A stretch of DNA of 64,000 nucleotides from Utricularia gibba (taxonomy: Eukaryota; Plantae; Magnoliophyta): assembly GCA_002189035.1 (NCBI GenBank), contig NEEC01000015.1:682001-746000 (forward strand), in the 5' to 3' direction. The notes beneath the pieces were generated by a model. That model saw only the letters and a list, made by a program, of their open reading frames with translations, had not been told where the DNA came from and made no database searches. This document shows positions 12,913 through 25,250 of the stretch, piece by piece (the first letter of the stretch is position 1; each line of letters opens with the position of its first letter). A program made the translations under genes and the position numbers.

Positions 12913-14286
12913 ATGGCGAACTCCGAAGCCATTAACGTTGATATCATCTCCAAAGAAGTGGTTGCGATAGGGCAACCAGAAGGAGAAGAAGAAGAAGAAG
13001 AAGAAGGAGCCATTAATGGGGGCGATTCAAAGGTGATCCGTCTCTCCAATCTCGATCTTCTGTCAGGCAGATTCCCTGTTACGTATCTCTTCTTCTACAG
13101 AAGCTCCCCTTCCTCTGTAAATCACGATCATCTCCTCAAAGCTTCACTCTCCCATTGCCTAAAACTCTTCTACCCCTTCGCTGGGAGCATTTCTGAGAAC
13201 CCAGAGACGGGGGACCCTGAAATCCTCTGCGACAACAGAGGCGCTCTTCTGGTGCACTCAAAAGCAGATATTCCCCTCGAAGAGTTCGATTTCTACGACC
13301 TCAATCTATCCCTTGAGAAGCTGGTTCCAGAGGAACCCAGCTTTCTACTGATGATCCAAAGCACCAGGTTCACTTGCGGAGGCAGATCAGTTACTTTCAC
13401 GTTTGATCATGCACTGGGAGACGCATCAGCTTTCAGAAAGTTTCTTCTGACGCTTTCAGAGATTGCCCTGCAGAAACCAGTCTCCTCTTTCCCTGATCAC
13501 AGCAGAGACCTCAAGGCTCGCTCCCCTCCGAGCTACGATCCCATCTTCGATAATCTCTTCACAAACTGCACCATGGAGGAAATCCGCACCATGCCAACAA
13601 TCCCCTCACTGCTCAAGCGCGCCTACTACGTCGGCAACTCGAGCATCGAGCGGCTGCAGCTTCTCGCCAGCGCAAACGGCATCAAACGTACCAAGATCGA
13701 AGCTTTCTCAGCTTACGTCTGGAAGGTGATGGTGAATGCAATAGACCATTCCCATCAGAGCTGCAAAATGGGATGGCTGGTTGATGGAAGGACCAGAATC
13801 TGCAGTAGCGAGAAATCAATGGACAACTACATAGGCAATGTGCTCTCTGTATCTGCAGAGGAGCTAACAGTTGCTGAAATCCATCGAGGGTCGATCGCGG
13901 ATATCGCAGAAACGATCCACAAAGCGATATCAAAGGTGGCAAATGAAACCCATTTCAGAAATCTAATCGATTGGATAGAGCTTCATAGACCCGGACTGGT
14001 TCTCTCCAGAACCGTAATGGGGCTTGAAGCTCCAACCGTGGTGATATCCTCAGGAAGAAGATTCCCTGTAGCTGACATAGATTTAGGTTTGGGTCCTCCC
14101 ATTCTGGGAACTGTGTGTTCAACCATTCGGAGACTTGGAGTTGGGTACATAAACCAGAGGCCGAGCTGCAAGGGAGATGGTTCTTGGGTCGTGTCGACGA
14201 TCATTTGGGAAGAATTGGCTGCCGCTCTGGAATCAGATCCGGATCACGTCTTCCAACCCATGAATCTCAAACACCTGCAACTCTGA
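12913..14286 (+). CDS. BAHD acyltransferase, coniferyl-alcohol-acyltransferase-like clade; intronless
   Basis: 457-aa ORF with LSNLDLL, FYPFAG, HXXXD motif (FDHALGD), NYIGNVLS, LIDWIELHRP and a DFGWG variant DLGLG. Confidence 0.9.
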   Translation: MANSEAINVDIISKEVVAIGQPEGEEEEEEEGAINGGDSKVIRLSNLDLLSGRFPVTYLFFYRSSPSSVNHDHLLKASLSHCLKLFYPFAGSISENPETGDPEILCDNRGALLVHSKADIPLEEFDFYDLNLSLEKLVPEEPSFLLMIQSTRFTCGGRSVTFTFDHALGDASAFRKFLLTLSEIALQKPVSSFPDHSRDLKARSPPSYDPIFDNLFTNCTMEEIRTMPTIPSLLKRAYYVGNSSIERLQLLASANGIKRTKIEAFSAYVWKVMVNAIDHSHQSCKMGWLVDGRTRICSSEKSMDNYIGNVLSVSAEELTVAEIHRGSIADIAETIHKAISKVANETHFRNLIDWIELHRPGLVLSRTVMGLEAPTVVISSGRRFPVADIDLGLGPPILGTVCSTIRRLGVGYINQRPSCKGDGSWVVSTIIWEELAAALESDPDHVFQPMNLKHLQL

Positions 14287-15432
14287 TGTATCACATAATC
14301 TGGGATCCGATGGCCCTAATGTGCGCCAAACAAATTAGGTTTATAAATCATGTGTGACTCATGTACCAGATTTGTCTCTATAGTATTACATATTTTCCGG
14401 GTGATATTAATATTATTTAAAAATCCAGTTCATCTTGCTTTTGTTTTGGTTTTTTTTTTTTCTAAAACACTGGATATTAGTACTTTATTCTAAAATATTT
14501 GTATCATTTATATTCCAAAGATTTTTTCTACCCGATACAAAATAGTTAATATATAGAAAAATGCGAAAAATTAAATAAATCAATTACAATAAACTCTATT
14601 TTGGGAAAGAATGTGCATTTGTTATAAAATAGGAATTTTTTATTCTAAAAAATAAGAAATCAATATAAAATAAATCATTTTGATACTTTTAAATTTCTTT
14701 TCGAATTTTTAATTTTGAGGAACTCAAGAAATTGAAAGCAAAATCTATTATATGAAATATCATATTATTATAAAATAATTTCTGACTGTATAACAGAAGA
14801 TATTTATTAATTTACAATATTATTGTTATTTATATAGTATGTATGTAGAACCTAGGTTAAAATTTTTCTAATTTTGATAGTGATGGATAAAGTAACTTAA
14901 TAACTCTGAAACATAAATAAGATTTCAGGGTTGACATTCAAAAATGAAAAAAGATAACGACAGTTTTCCATTCATAAAAAACATTAATTTAAAAATGCGG
15001 ACGTAATTAATTACCAGAAAAGGCAATTTTAGGGCGGGATATTAATATGGAAAATCTGGAATCTATCCCAATATATATTATTTTAATCTATTCCAAATTT
15101 CAAACACGGAGTCAAATGTGAAAGGCGGCCAGTCGCGGTTGTGTTAATCGCATTTATGGGAAGATTGTTCATGGAATCAGGATCATATGGTAATAAATCC
15201 TGATTAGTCGTAACGTTTACTGAATTCAAATGGTAATTAGTGCCGTAATCCCAGATTACATGTACCCCTCATTATGCCCCCACATCCCGACGATGAATTC
15301 AAGGAAGGCGAAAAGGGAAACCGCCGGTTATTTCCTTTCAAGGGGAAGAACCGAGTCCAAGGAGGCGAATTCTGGGCATGCATTTGTTATAAAAGGGTTT
15401 CATGTTAATCAACAGTTAACCATTGTTGAGAG

Positions 15433-16844
15433 ATGGCTTCTATTTTCCTGCTGTTCTTGTCTGCATTCTGCTTCTTCTTCTTTGTTGAAGCTGGTGGGAA
15501 TGGAGGCATCACTCTGGATCTTATTCACAGAGATTCTAAGCATTCGCCTTTGTACAACCCTTCCGTGGATAAGTTTCAACGTTTCAGAAGGGCGATAGAT
15601 CGATCTTTCTCCAGGAAGTCATCTTTCACAGCAATGGCGGCTTTGCGGAAGTCAAAGGCTGTAGCGACGGATGCCTTCGGGACGACGCTGCGAGCCGGTG
15701 GCGGGGAGTATCTGATGAAGATTGATATCGGGTCGCCGCCGAGGGAAATTCTTGCGATCGCGGACACCGGCAGTGATTTGACATGGACGCAGTGCTTACC
15801 TTGCGACCAGTGCTACGATCAGGTGGCGCCGATCTTCGACCCCAGAAAATCTACTTCTTACAGAAGGGTCCCATGCGGTTCTGCGCTCTGCCAGGCTGCG
15901 GGAAGCACTTCGTGTGGCGAGAGGAATGAGTGTACTTATACAGTTGGCTATGGCGATCAGTCTTCCACCATGGGTGATCTTGCCACTGATACATTGACCT
16001 TCACTTCCAGCGTCGGGAGGACGGTATGGCTTTTACCGGTTGTCGCATGAAATTGGCTTGTGTAAAGTGTTCATGTTTTTTTCTCTGTGGGATCTCTTCT
16101 CAGGCATCTTTCCCGGGGTTCTCGTTTGGGTGCGGCCACCAGAACCAGGGGACCTTTAGCGCTAACGCCTCCGGCATTGTTGGCCTCGGCGGCGGCGAGA
16201 TTTCGATAATCAAGCAACTGAGAGATTCAATTGACGGAAAATTCTCCTACTGCTTGACATCAATCGACTCCACCACTACAAGCAAGATCACTTTTGGCGC
16301 ATCGGCCGATGTGAAGGGAGCCGCCGTCGTATCAACGCCCCTGGTTCAAAAAGATCCTGAAACGTTTTATTTCCTTACCCTGGAGGGGATCAGCGTCGGC
16401 TCCAGAGGAAACCGGCACCATCGCCGCCACCGCCGTTCGAGATCTGCGGCGGTTGAGGCGGGCAACATCATAATCGACTCCGGCACGACGCTGACCTACC
16501 TTCCGGATGATATGTATTACGAGCTTGAGTCCTCCGTGACGCGAGCCATTAAGGGGTATCGCCGCGTCAATGATACGGACAACATTTTCGGACTGTGCTA
16601 CGAGAAGCCCAGCGTCGGGACCTTCACGCCCCCACCGATTGTCGCGCATTTCACCGGCGCCGATTTGGTTCTTAGAGACGGGACTTTCCAGGAAGTCCAA
16701 GAAGGGGTGATCTGCTTCACATTTGTGGCGTCGCAGGATTTGGCCATCTTCGGGAACTTGCACCAGATGAATTACCAGATTGGGTACGATCTCGTGAAGG
16801 GCGTTGTCAACTTTCAGCCGACTGATTGTTCCAAATCAGGCTGA
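15433..16844 (+). CDS. Secreted A1 aspartic protease, CDR1-like; two exons (intron 16024-16103)
   Basis: Signal peptide, DLIHRDS prodomain, catalytic DTGSDLTW and DSGTTLTY, QCLPC, FGCG, GIVGLGGG, IFGNLHQMN; phase-0 GT-AG intron rejoins GRT|ASFPGFSFGCG. Confidence 0.92.
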
Positions 16845-16929
16845 AGAATTCCAAGATGCCTGGAGCAACTGGCGAAGGAAGAAGGGAACTGCTGGTCTTA
16901 ATTATGTGTTGGGGTTGTGTTTGAGAAAC

Positions 16930-17107
16930 AAATTGCAATTATCTGTTAATTAATATCTAATCATCAGTTTATGTGTTTCTTGAGCCTTTTTCATAAACCC
17001 TAAAAATCTAAAATTTGATTTGAGATTAACATTTTTTATAAGTAAAATTGCAATTATCTGTTAATTAATCTCTAATAATCTGTTTATGTGTTTCTCGAGC
17101 CTTTTTC
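16930..17107 (+). repeat. Direct repeat of about 63 bp (16930-16992 and 17045-17107) between convergent genes
   Basis: Both copies read AAATTGCAATTATCTGTTAATTAAT..TAAT.ATC.GTTTATGTGTTTCT.GAGCCTTTTTC. Confidence 0.85.
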
Positions 17108-17269
17108 GAGAAATATAAAATTCCGATTTTCTGTTAAACAATATTCTTTATAAATAAAACTGGACCAGAATATATGGATAGGATTTTAGAAAAAAATAAT
17201 GAAAAATATATGGTTCAAAAAAATTGTTGGAGAACATTATTTTTTTAAAAAAATTATAAATGTGATGTA

Positions 17270-18432
17270 CTAAATTCGACTTGGAACACGTGGCAAAATA
17301 TGAATGGACGGAGCTTGTAAATGTGGCGGACTTTCCACTATCCAGACCCTTCTCGCCGTCGCCGCCAGATCCACCACGGCGATGTTCATTCCGTCGCCAC
17401 ACAGCACACACACTTTCCCACACTCCGCCGCCGTGATCTGCAAAGCCCCTTTCAGAATCTCATCCTCGAAGACCTCCGTCCACTTGTCGTGGACCTCGTC
17501 GTACAATTTCAAACAGCCCCTCGATTCATCCACCACGAAAATCTGCTCCTCTGCCATCGCTGTCGCCGGACCTCTCCAACCTGAAAGCATCCCCTCTGGC
17601 ATATCCCCCACGAGTCCTTTTTCACATCGTAGATTATCCCTTCTTTCGCCCCATCGCCTTTCACGTTTACCATACACAGTTTACCCTTCCAACCAACCGC
17701 CTGGATTTCGTCGCGGCTGAATTTCCCGTTTTTTAGACTCTCCAATTTTTCCCATTTCCACGGCGGGGCGGAACCCAGATCCCACTTCTCCACCAATCTC
17801 GCTACATCGGTGTTGTAATTTGACCCGATTCCACTCGCCACATATACACCTCCCTGAGAAGCTCCGGCGGCGCACCATCGTCGTGGGGTGGAGAAATCGG
17901 GTCCTTGCGTCCACTCCATCGATAAAGGATCAAAAATCAGTGGATGGGACAGCGCTGGGAGGAAGTCATCGTTGGTGGCGGCGAGGATCACGAGTTTCCC
18001 ATTAACGGTCACCGATTGAATCGGCAGTTTCCGGGAGATGAACGACGCGTGACGGAGGAGAACTCTGATCGGAGGATGGAGGATAGGGAGCCAAGTTTGG
18101 GAGATCGGATCGAAGGAGTGCAAGTGCAAAGTCGTGGAGACGTGCCTTCGAGAATCGGCGGGATGAAAAAGGGCGTAAATGGATTTGAAGGGAGGGAAAG
18201 AAGGTGAGTAGATCAGGCGGCGCCATGAACGGGAAACGGAGTAAAGAGTCGTGGGAGGGACACGCCTGAGACATAGCTCGGCGAGATGTCCGGGGATTCC
18301 TGGAATGAGATCTTGATGGTGGCGGTGCTCGTCGCCGATATCGAGGGCCCCCTCTTCTTCTTCCCCGTCACGGCGGCGGTGAAGCTTCGGAGAGTTACGT
18401 TTTCTGGCGGAGAGGGAACCGGGACGAGACAT
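17270..18432 (-). CDS. SKIP25: F-box/kelch-repeat protein SKIP25-like; intronless; one apparent -1 frameshift at the C5 run 17605-17609
   Basis: LIPGIPGHLAELCL F-box-like region, FSRKLPIQSV, PRRWCAAG, FSRDEIQAVGWKGKLCMVN; the C-terminus (DMPEGMLSGWRGP...) continues in a shifted frame. Confidence 0.85.
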
Positions 18433-18854
18433 GTGTGGAAAAGTAGAGGGGCTCAAAAGTTCACTTTTGGTAATGAATGCATCTCGTCGGCATGCTAGTT
18501 TGTGCCTGGCAACAGGCAAAGGGTGGGGGCCCTTTGCTTTAATTGTCCATGCAGTTTTGTTTCCATCCCATACCCCGTGCACAGCTAAACAATTTGAAAG
18601 AAGGCAATGGAGCAAAGCGACAATGTACCAAGCTGTCTCAGAGAACTAAAGACAGAGTAGCAAGCATCACACATCGGCAACTGGTGCGGGAAAGGTAAAA
18701 AACAAGCTCCCCACAAATGGGGGAGAGAGATCGTCCTTCAAAAAGGAGGTTTCACCCACGTCTGAAATAGAGAAAACAAGACAGTATTTAGGAGAAAAGC
18801 ATTGCCATTCACTCTGCAATAGATGGAAGTAGATCATTGTTCAACCTTACCATA

Positions 18855-21362
18855 TCAGTGACGCGACCTTTTCTCCTCTCCATCGTCTCGGTTGTACCTT
18901 CTTCCGCCCCGAGGTATTTCCTCATGCTTGCTCCTCTTGGAACGTTCATCTCTCATTCTATCACTTCGATCATCCTCATCTTCCCTTCCGCGTTCTCGAT
19001 GTACCTTGTAATGGGAATCATCCCTGACCTCGTACTTTCTTCCATGAAGATCTTCTATATCATCACTCTCTCCTCTTCTACCACGAGGTATATCCTCTTT
19101 CCTGCTTCTCTTGGAACCGTGTTCTCTGCTTCTGTCAAGTTTTGAGCCATCCTCATCCTCGCTCCCATGGTCACGATTTCCTTTATAGCGAAGGTCATCC
19201 TCACCCTTCTCATACTTCATCCTGCGGTGATCATCTACATCATCTCTTTCTCTTCTACTATGGCGTACATCTTCTTGCTTGCTTCTCTTTGAATTGTGTT
19301 CTCGAATTTTATCACCTTCCACATCATTCTCATAATCTCTTTCATTTTCCTTGTGCCCCTTGTAGCGCTTCTCATCTTCATCATTCTCGTACCTTCTCCC
19401 ACGCTGAACTTCTGTATCACCACGAGATCCATGGTGTCGAAACTCTCTGCTCTTTTCATTTTGGAGGTCATTCTGTTTCTTGGGTCGATAATCTGTTCTA
19501 TGATTCTCACTCTCACTATCGTACTCCTGGATAGCTTTCATTGACTCCCGTCGTCTGAAGTCACCTTGGGCCTGCTCAAGCGAAATCTCATCACGACCCC
19601 TCTTCCTAGCTTTTTCCGTCCCTTCAGTCTTGCTAGATCCAACTTCCTTTGATTTGTAGAGTTGCTCTAACTTCCTGAGTGTGTCAAATTCCTCTATCTC
19701 ATCCTTATGCCTCTTCCCATCTTCGATTTTATGAGTACGCCTGTCACGACCTACCTGTGGCAAATCATCACCATGCCTGCTAGATTTAGTAGCATAGAAA
19801 TCATCATCCGAATCAGACCCTTGCCTCTTTCTGTTTTCACCCTTCCTGTTCCTTTGGGCGTGTTTTTCATCATAATTTTCTTCTGAATCAACATCGGAGT
19901 AACTCCTGGCTTTAGATCTCTTATTGGTCCGTCCTTGGTCTTCATCATCATAGTCAACCTTTTTATGTTTTGAAGATGAACCTTGCTTGTGCTTTCTCGT
20001 CCTTGTTTCTCTATCAGAGTCACCACTATCATCTGTATCATAACGCCTGCGATGTAACTTCTTCTTGCTCTGAGACTCAGTTTCTGAACCAGAATATGAT
20101 TCAGAATCAGCTTCTGATGATGAAGTATGCTTCTTAGGTCTTCTGCGTTTCTGCAGCATATCCTTTCTTCTTTTTTCCGGCTCAATATCAGAAACGTCAC
20201 TCCCAGAAGAAGACGAATTACCATGCCTTTTTTTAGAGTTTTTCCCTGATCGGTGATCCCTCTCATCTTTCCTTCCACTGTTTTTCTTTCCATGAGAATC
20301 ATCATCCACACCCTTTCTACCCTTCTCAACTTTCTTAATGTCTTTACGATGATCAGCATCAACCTTTTTGTTGATATTCTTTACTTCACCTTCCTCGTAG
20401 TTATCCCAGACATCCGGTAACTCGGCATCAAGTAGCTGCTTTTCTTTGTCTGATACGATCCCAAGAGCAGCTTTCAGTTTTTCCATCTGCCTTTCCTTTA
20501 AAGCTGCTATTTGATGAGTTTGTGTCTCCGAGACCCTGTAACCAAATAATATTAACAGGAAACACAACAATACAGAAAACTGAATATATTCCCCAAGAAC
20601 TCATATGGATGCATGATGCAAACGCAATCTTGACAGTTCAATCTTCATGACAACACTCTTCTATGACATTCAAGCTTCAAAACCAATAGTTAACTAATAC
20701 TAGGGGTACATATAAGCGTGAAAGAGAGATATATTAAATGCAATGGCACTTTCCAGACCTCAGTAAGATTGTATTCACAGACACCAATTTTTTGGGAATT
20801 GAGGGCTAAGCTAACTATTCTCATTAAGCAGAGAAAAATGATTACTACAATAACATCTGTATGCATACGTGCTCCATAGTAGTCAATCGAGGCTTATGAA
20901 CTCTGAATCCAAAGACCGCTGCCAAGTCCCATCTTTGTAGTACCGCATAGTTTTTATTTCGTAGTTTATGTGATTCAAATTACGCGAAGGAAAAGCAAGG
21001 CAAAAAGGTTTTTACTTCTCTGAGAAAACAGTCGCGTCGCTCGTGGAATCCTCCTTCTCCTTAACCTCCAACGACTTTCTAGCCTCATCAAGCTTTTCAG
21101 CGATCTCCGCGTCGGTATACCCCTGATCCATCAGCTTCTCCTCCAAAACAAGAAGTTTGAGCTCAATCTGGCGCTTCCGATCGTGCTCCAGGATCTCCTT
21201 GTTGGGCTTTCGCGTGATTCCTGCGGTTCCCTGTCCCGATTGGAAGCCTTTGCCGTCATCGTTCACGACTGGCGCCTTCGGCCGGACAAAGAACTTATTA
21301 GCTTGGATGTAGCCGTTGGTGCCGGATCCGCGAGGAGTCTGCAATCCTATCCCGTTGTACAT
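18855..21362 (-). CDS. CWC21: Pre-mRNA splicing factor CWC21/SRRM2-like; two exons (intron ~20536-21015); long charged low-complexity tail
   Basis: [20 protein letters not shown] start and [15 protein letters not shown] cwf21 domain; exon junction gives [15 protein letters not shown]. Confidence 0.92.
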
Positions 21363-21385
21363 GATTGCACGATTCGCGCAATTCC

Positions 21386-21690
21386 TAGGGTTTGGATCTG
21401 ATTTCTCCCAACGCTACGAGTGTCCAGTTTTCACGATCCCCGAATGAGGTAAATACTGTGTGGGTATTTATTTTCTAAAAATTGAGATATCCAAAAATAT
21501 TTTATGAATATAGATATGCTTTAATAGTAGAATATTATAAAAAAAAATTGGTATTTTTATTAATTCTTATTTTTAATTCATGATAATGATGAATAAGGAT
21601 TGAGCCGTCTCTATTTGGGCCTCATTGTTCTTCAAAAGGTTGGCCCATGGGCCCAAACAAAAAGCCTCGGTTAGATTATGGGCACAATAA
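21386..21690. promoter_or_regulatory. Bidirectional promoter between CWC21 and AspRS with site II elements and a telo-box
   Basis: TAGGGTTT 21386-21393; TGGGCC 21616-21621; GGCCCA 21642-21647 and 21650-21655; start codons diverge about 450 bp apart. Confidence 0.55.
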
Positions 21691-21809
21691 AGACGCAATC
21701 CCAAAACTACGGGGTACGCCACGTAGAAACGGTGTTCACCAGCACAATTGACTGATTCGCGTGTACTCATTACGGTTGTGCTCACCCTAATCCCATTTCC
21801 TGACTTCCG

Positions 21810-24327
21810 ATGGAAACCTCCGAAGAACAGTCGCATAATGCGGCAGGCGAGGAGGGCTCCGAGAAGAAGCTATCCAAGAAAGAACAAGCGAAGTTGGAAC
21901 GTCAGCGCAAGCGCCAAGAAGCAGCCGCGGCGGCTTCAGCAACGTCTGGCGTGTCAGCAGTTTCCATCGACGGTGAGGATCCACTGGCGGGGAATTATGG
22001 AGATGTGCCTATCAAAGATTTGCAATCGAAGGAAATCTCTGGAAAGAAGTGGACGGAGATTAAAAACTTGAAGGATGAGTTGAGAGACCAAGTCGTGTTG
22101 ATCAGGGGCCGCGCGCAGGCAATCCGTGCAGTGGGAAAGAAGATGGCGTTTGTGGTGGTTAGGGAGCGTGGGTTTACGGTGCAATGCGTTCTAGTGGTGG
22201 CCCAAGATTTAGTGAGCTCTCAGATGGTGAAATTTGCCACGAGCTTAAACAAAGAGAGCATAGTTGATGTAGTTGGGATTGTTTCGGTACCGGGGCAGCC
22301 CATCAAAGGCGCTACTCAGCAGGTATGTTTCATGGTGCATCAAAGTGTTTAACCTTAAAGTTCAAGCTTTTTCTCCTGCTTACGATGCGTTTCTTCATTT
22401 GACCCATGCAAATGCTGTTTTAGTCACGGCTTTTATGAATGCATTTAACTATCTTGGTGTAGGTTGAAGTGCAAGTGAGGAAGCTCTATTGTGTAAATAG
22501 AGCTATTCCTGTCTTACCTATTAATCTAGAGGATGCTGCAAGAAGCAAGATTGAAATTGAAAAGGCGTTAGAGGTATGAGTCGTGATGCTATCCACGCTT
22601 TTAATAAGTGTGCAGAGTATTCTCTGCTCTTGGGGGAGAGGCTGTGTACATATTCTTTATTGACTGCAGGAGGGAGAGCACTTGGTTACTGTCAATCAGG
22701 ATACCCGATTGAATTATAGAGTTCTTGACATTAGAACTCCTGCTAATCAGGGAATTTTTCGAATCCAGAGCCAAGTTGGAAATGTAAGTGTGTGTTTGAT
22801 TAGAATTAGATGTTGTTGCACATCTACTGTCGTTGTATGGAGTATGTTTTGTCCATGTTGCATTATCTCTTTGATGTTGTTCTGTTATCATGCAGGTATT
22901 TAGGCAATTCTTGTTGTCTGAAGGTTTTAATGAAATACACACCCCGAAACTGATAGCAGGTTCCAGTGAGGGTGGTGCAGCTGTTTTTAGATTGGATTAC
23001 AAGGGAACTCCTGCGTGCTTGGCACAGTCACCACAACTGCACAAACAAATGGCGATTTGTGGAGACCTTGGCCGTGTGTTTGAGATCGGTCCAGTCTTCA
23101 GAGCTGAGGACTCTTTCACACACAGGCATTTATGTGAATTTACTGGTCTTGATGTGGAGATGGAGATTAAGGAGCATTACTCAGAAGTATGCCACTTCTC
23201 TTAAAATTTGTTTGGATCTGATGACATCTATGAGATAATGACTTGGAGAAAATTGTGTGCAGGTCATGGATGTTGTTGATCATCTATTTGTCCAAATGTT
23301 TGACTACTTGAATGAGCACTGTGCACTAGAGCTTGAGGCCATTAATCGTCAATACCCTTTTGAAAAACTCAAGGTTAATTGTACTGCAGTTTTTTGTTTG
23401 GCATGCATATCATCTCATGTATTCCATGCTGTTATCGTTGCTTATTATTGACTTCAATTCAGTATCTAAGAAACACCTTGCGGCTGACTTTTGAAGAGGG
23501 TGTGCAAATGCTGAAGGTGAGAGGATACAGTTTGCCGTCATGATGTGTATTTGTATATTTTTGGGTGGATTCTGCTTTGAGAAGAGCAATTTGTCAGCGA
23601 TGCTGATGCTAATCACCCAAGTTTGCAGGAAGCTGGTGTTGAAATCGATCCACTTGGAGATCTCAACACGGAAACTGAGAGAAGGCTTGGCCAACTTGTC
23701 CTTGAGAAGTAAGTTCTCTTCCCATGGGAGATCATGCATTGAAACACAACCTTTTTATCCAGATACATTCTGTTTTTCAAGAATCAGATTCATTTTGTCC
23801 AACGCTGGGTTCATAATCTGCCAGGTACGGTACAGAGTTTTACATACTTCATCGCTACCCTCTTGCCGTTAGACCGTTCTATACGATGCCATGCCACGAT
23901 GACCCGAAGTACAGCAATTCATTTGATGTTTTCATACGAGGTATCATCCACAGATGATCTTATTCATCTCAGTCGGGCAAATAGATCATTCTCTGAAGTT
24001 TCTTGGTTGCTTGGGTAGGTGAGGAGATCATATCTGGTGCTCAGCGTGTCCATGTAGCAGAGTTCTTGACGGAGCGTGCTCAAGCGTGTGGGATTGATCT
24101 CAAAACGATATCAACCTACATTGATTCCTTCAGGTTAGTATGTATACACATATATAATCATCCCCCTCCCCTCTCATCATCCTCTGTGGTTCGTGGCAAG
24201 GTATGGCGCACCCCCACATGGTGGATTCGGAGTTGGATTAGAGCGGGTGGTGATGCTCTTCTGCGCGCTCAATAACATCCGCAAAACTTCATTGTTCCCT
24301 CGTGACCCACAGAGAATAGCACCCTGA
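21810..24327 (+). CDS. Cytosolic aspartate-tRNA ligase; multi-exon
   Basis: OB-fold (VLIRGRAQ), [74 protein letters not shown]. Confidence 0.95.
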
Positions 24328-24506
24328 TGACGGTGATCTTACATGCATTTTCTCTTTGCATCTTTTTGAAAGTTCAATTCTAAACAGTGTGAATCATGGC
24401 CACTCTTGTTCCAAGATTGAAGGAAATGTTGATTCCCCTTTGGTAATCCATAGCTGATGTTCCAAGTTATAATCAAACCTTGACAAAGAGCACATAGACA
24501 CTCTGT

Positions 24507-24996
24507 TCACATCTCATCATCGAAGCCTGGGAATGTGACGCATCTGTAAACTTTGCAGCTTGAGCACATAACCCATCCAATCTGCAGCAACACCATTCAA
24601 TTCTTCCTCCCATTAGCTCAGCTGCTGAGCAGATAAATGGAAGATTGATTGATAGTTTTTCTGTGGAAGACTTACAGCTCTGCAATCTGGGCAGCGCCTG
24701 TAGATCCTGTTGCTGTCTCCTCTTACGTTCATCTTCTGCCCTTGGCACAAGGTGCAAACGACCCACCCTCTCCCATCACAGCAGCAATCAACCGCCTGCT
24801 GCCACCACACATTTGAGGTTCAGTGTAAAAGGGAGTGATCCAATGTAGCTGGCTTGGCACTTACCTTGCTTTGATCGACTTGAGTAATATTATTGATGCA
24901 CCTTGCAGGGTTGAGGCGACCCTGGGGTGCTGTCGATGACGATGGTTTGTAATTCGCGACTTGCCAACAGGGAAATCTTATGCCCAATGCTAACAT
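24507..24996 (-). CDS. DnaJ-type cysteine-rich zinc-finger protein without a J-domain; probable plastid transit peptide; 3 exons
   Basis: CDGRGWVVCTLCQGQK, RRCPDCRA|IGWVMCSSCKVYRCVTFPGFDDEM*. Confidence 0.8.
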
Positions 24997-25250
24997 ATCT
25001 GCAACACTTGTTCTTCTGCAACTCGTTTCCCTGCTCGATCTTCCGCTATGTATCCGATCGGTAAGCAACCGCCACCACTCATTTGTGTGTTCCGGAGTGT
25101 GAATACGTTTTTCATAGCCCAAAGTAGCCGAACAATTTGGGCCTACAAAAGTTAGCCCTCTTTAATTGATTGAATCCTGAAGGCCCTTTTTCCGGAATTG
25201 GACGCGCAGCACAATAATTCTAACCGTCTGTGGTGACGGCTGCAGCGGAG

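Noticed and set aside
19142-20362. Long alternative-frame and antisense ORFs over CWC21
   Set aside because: By-products of the low-complexity charged coding sequence.
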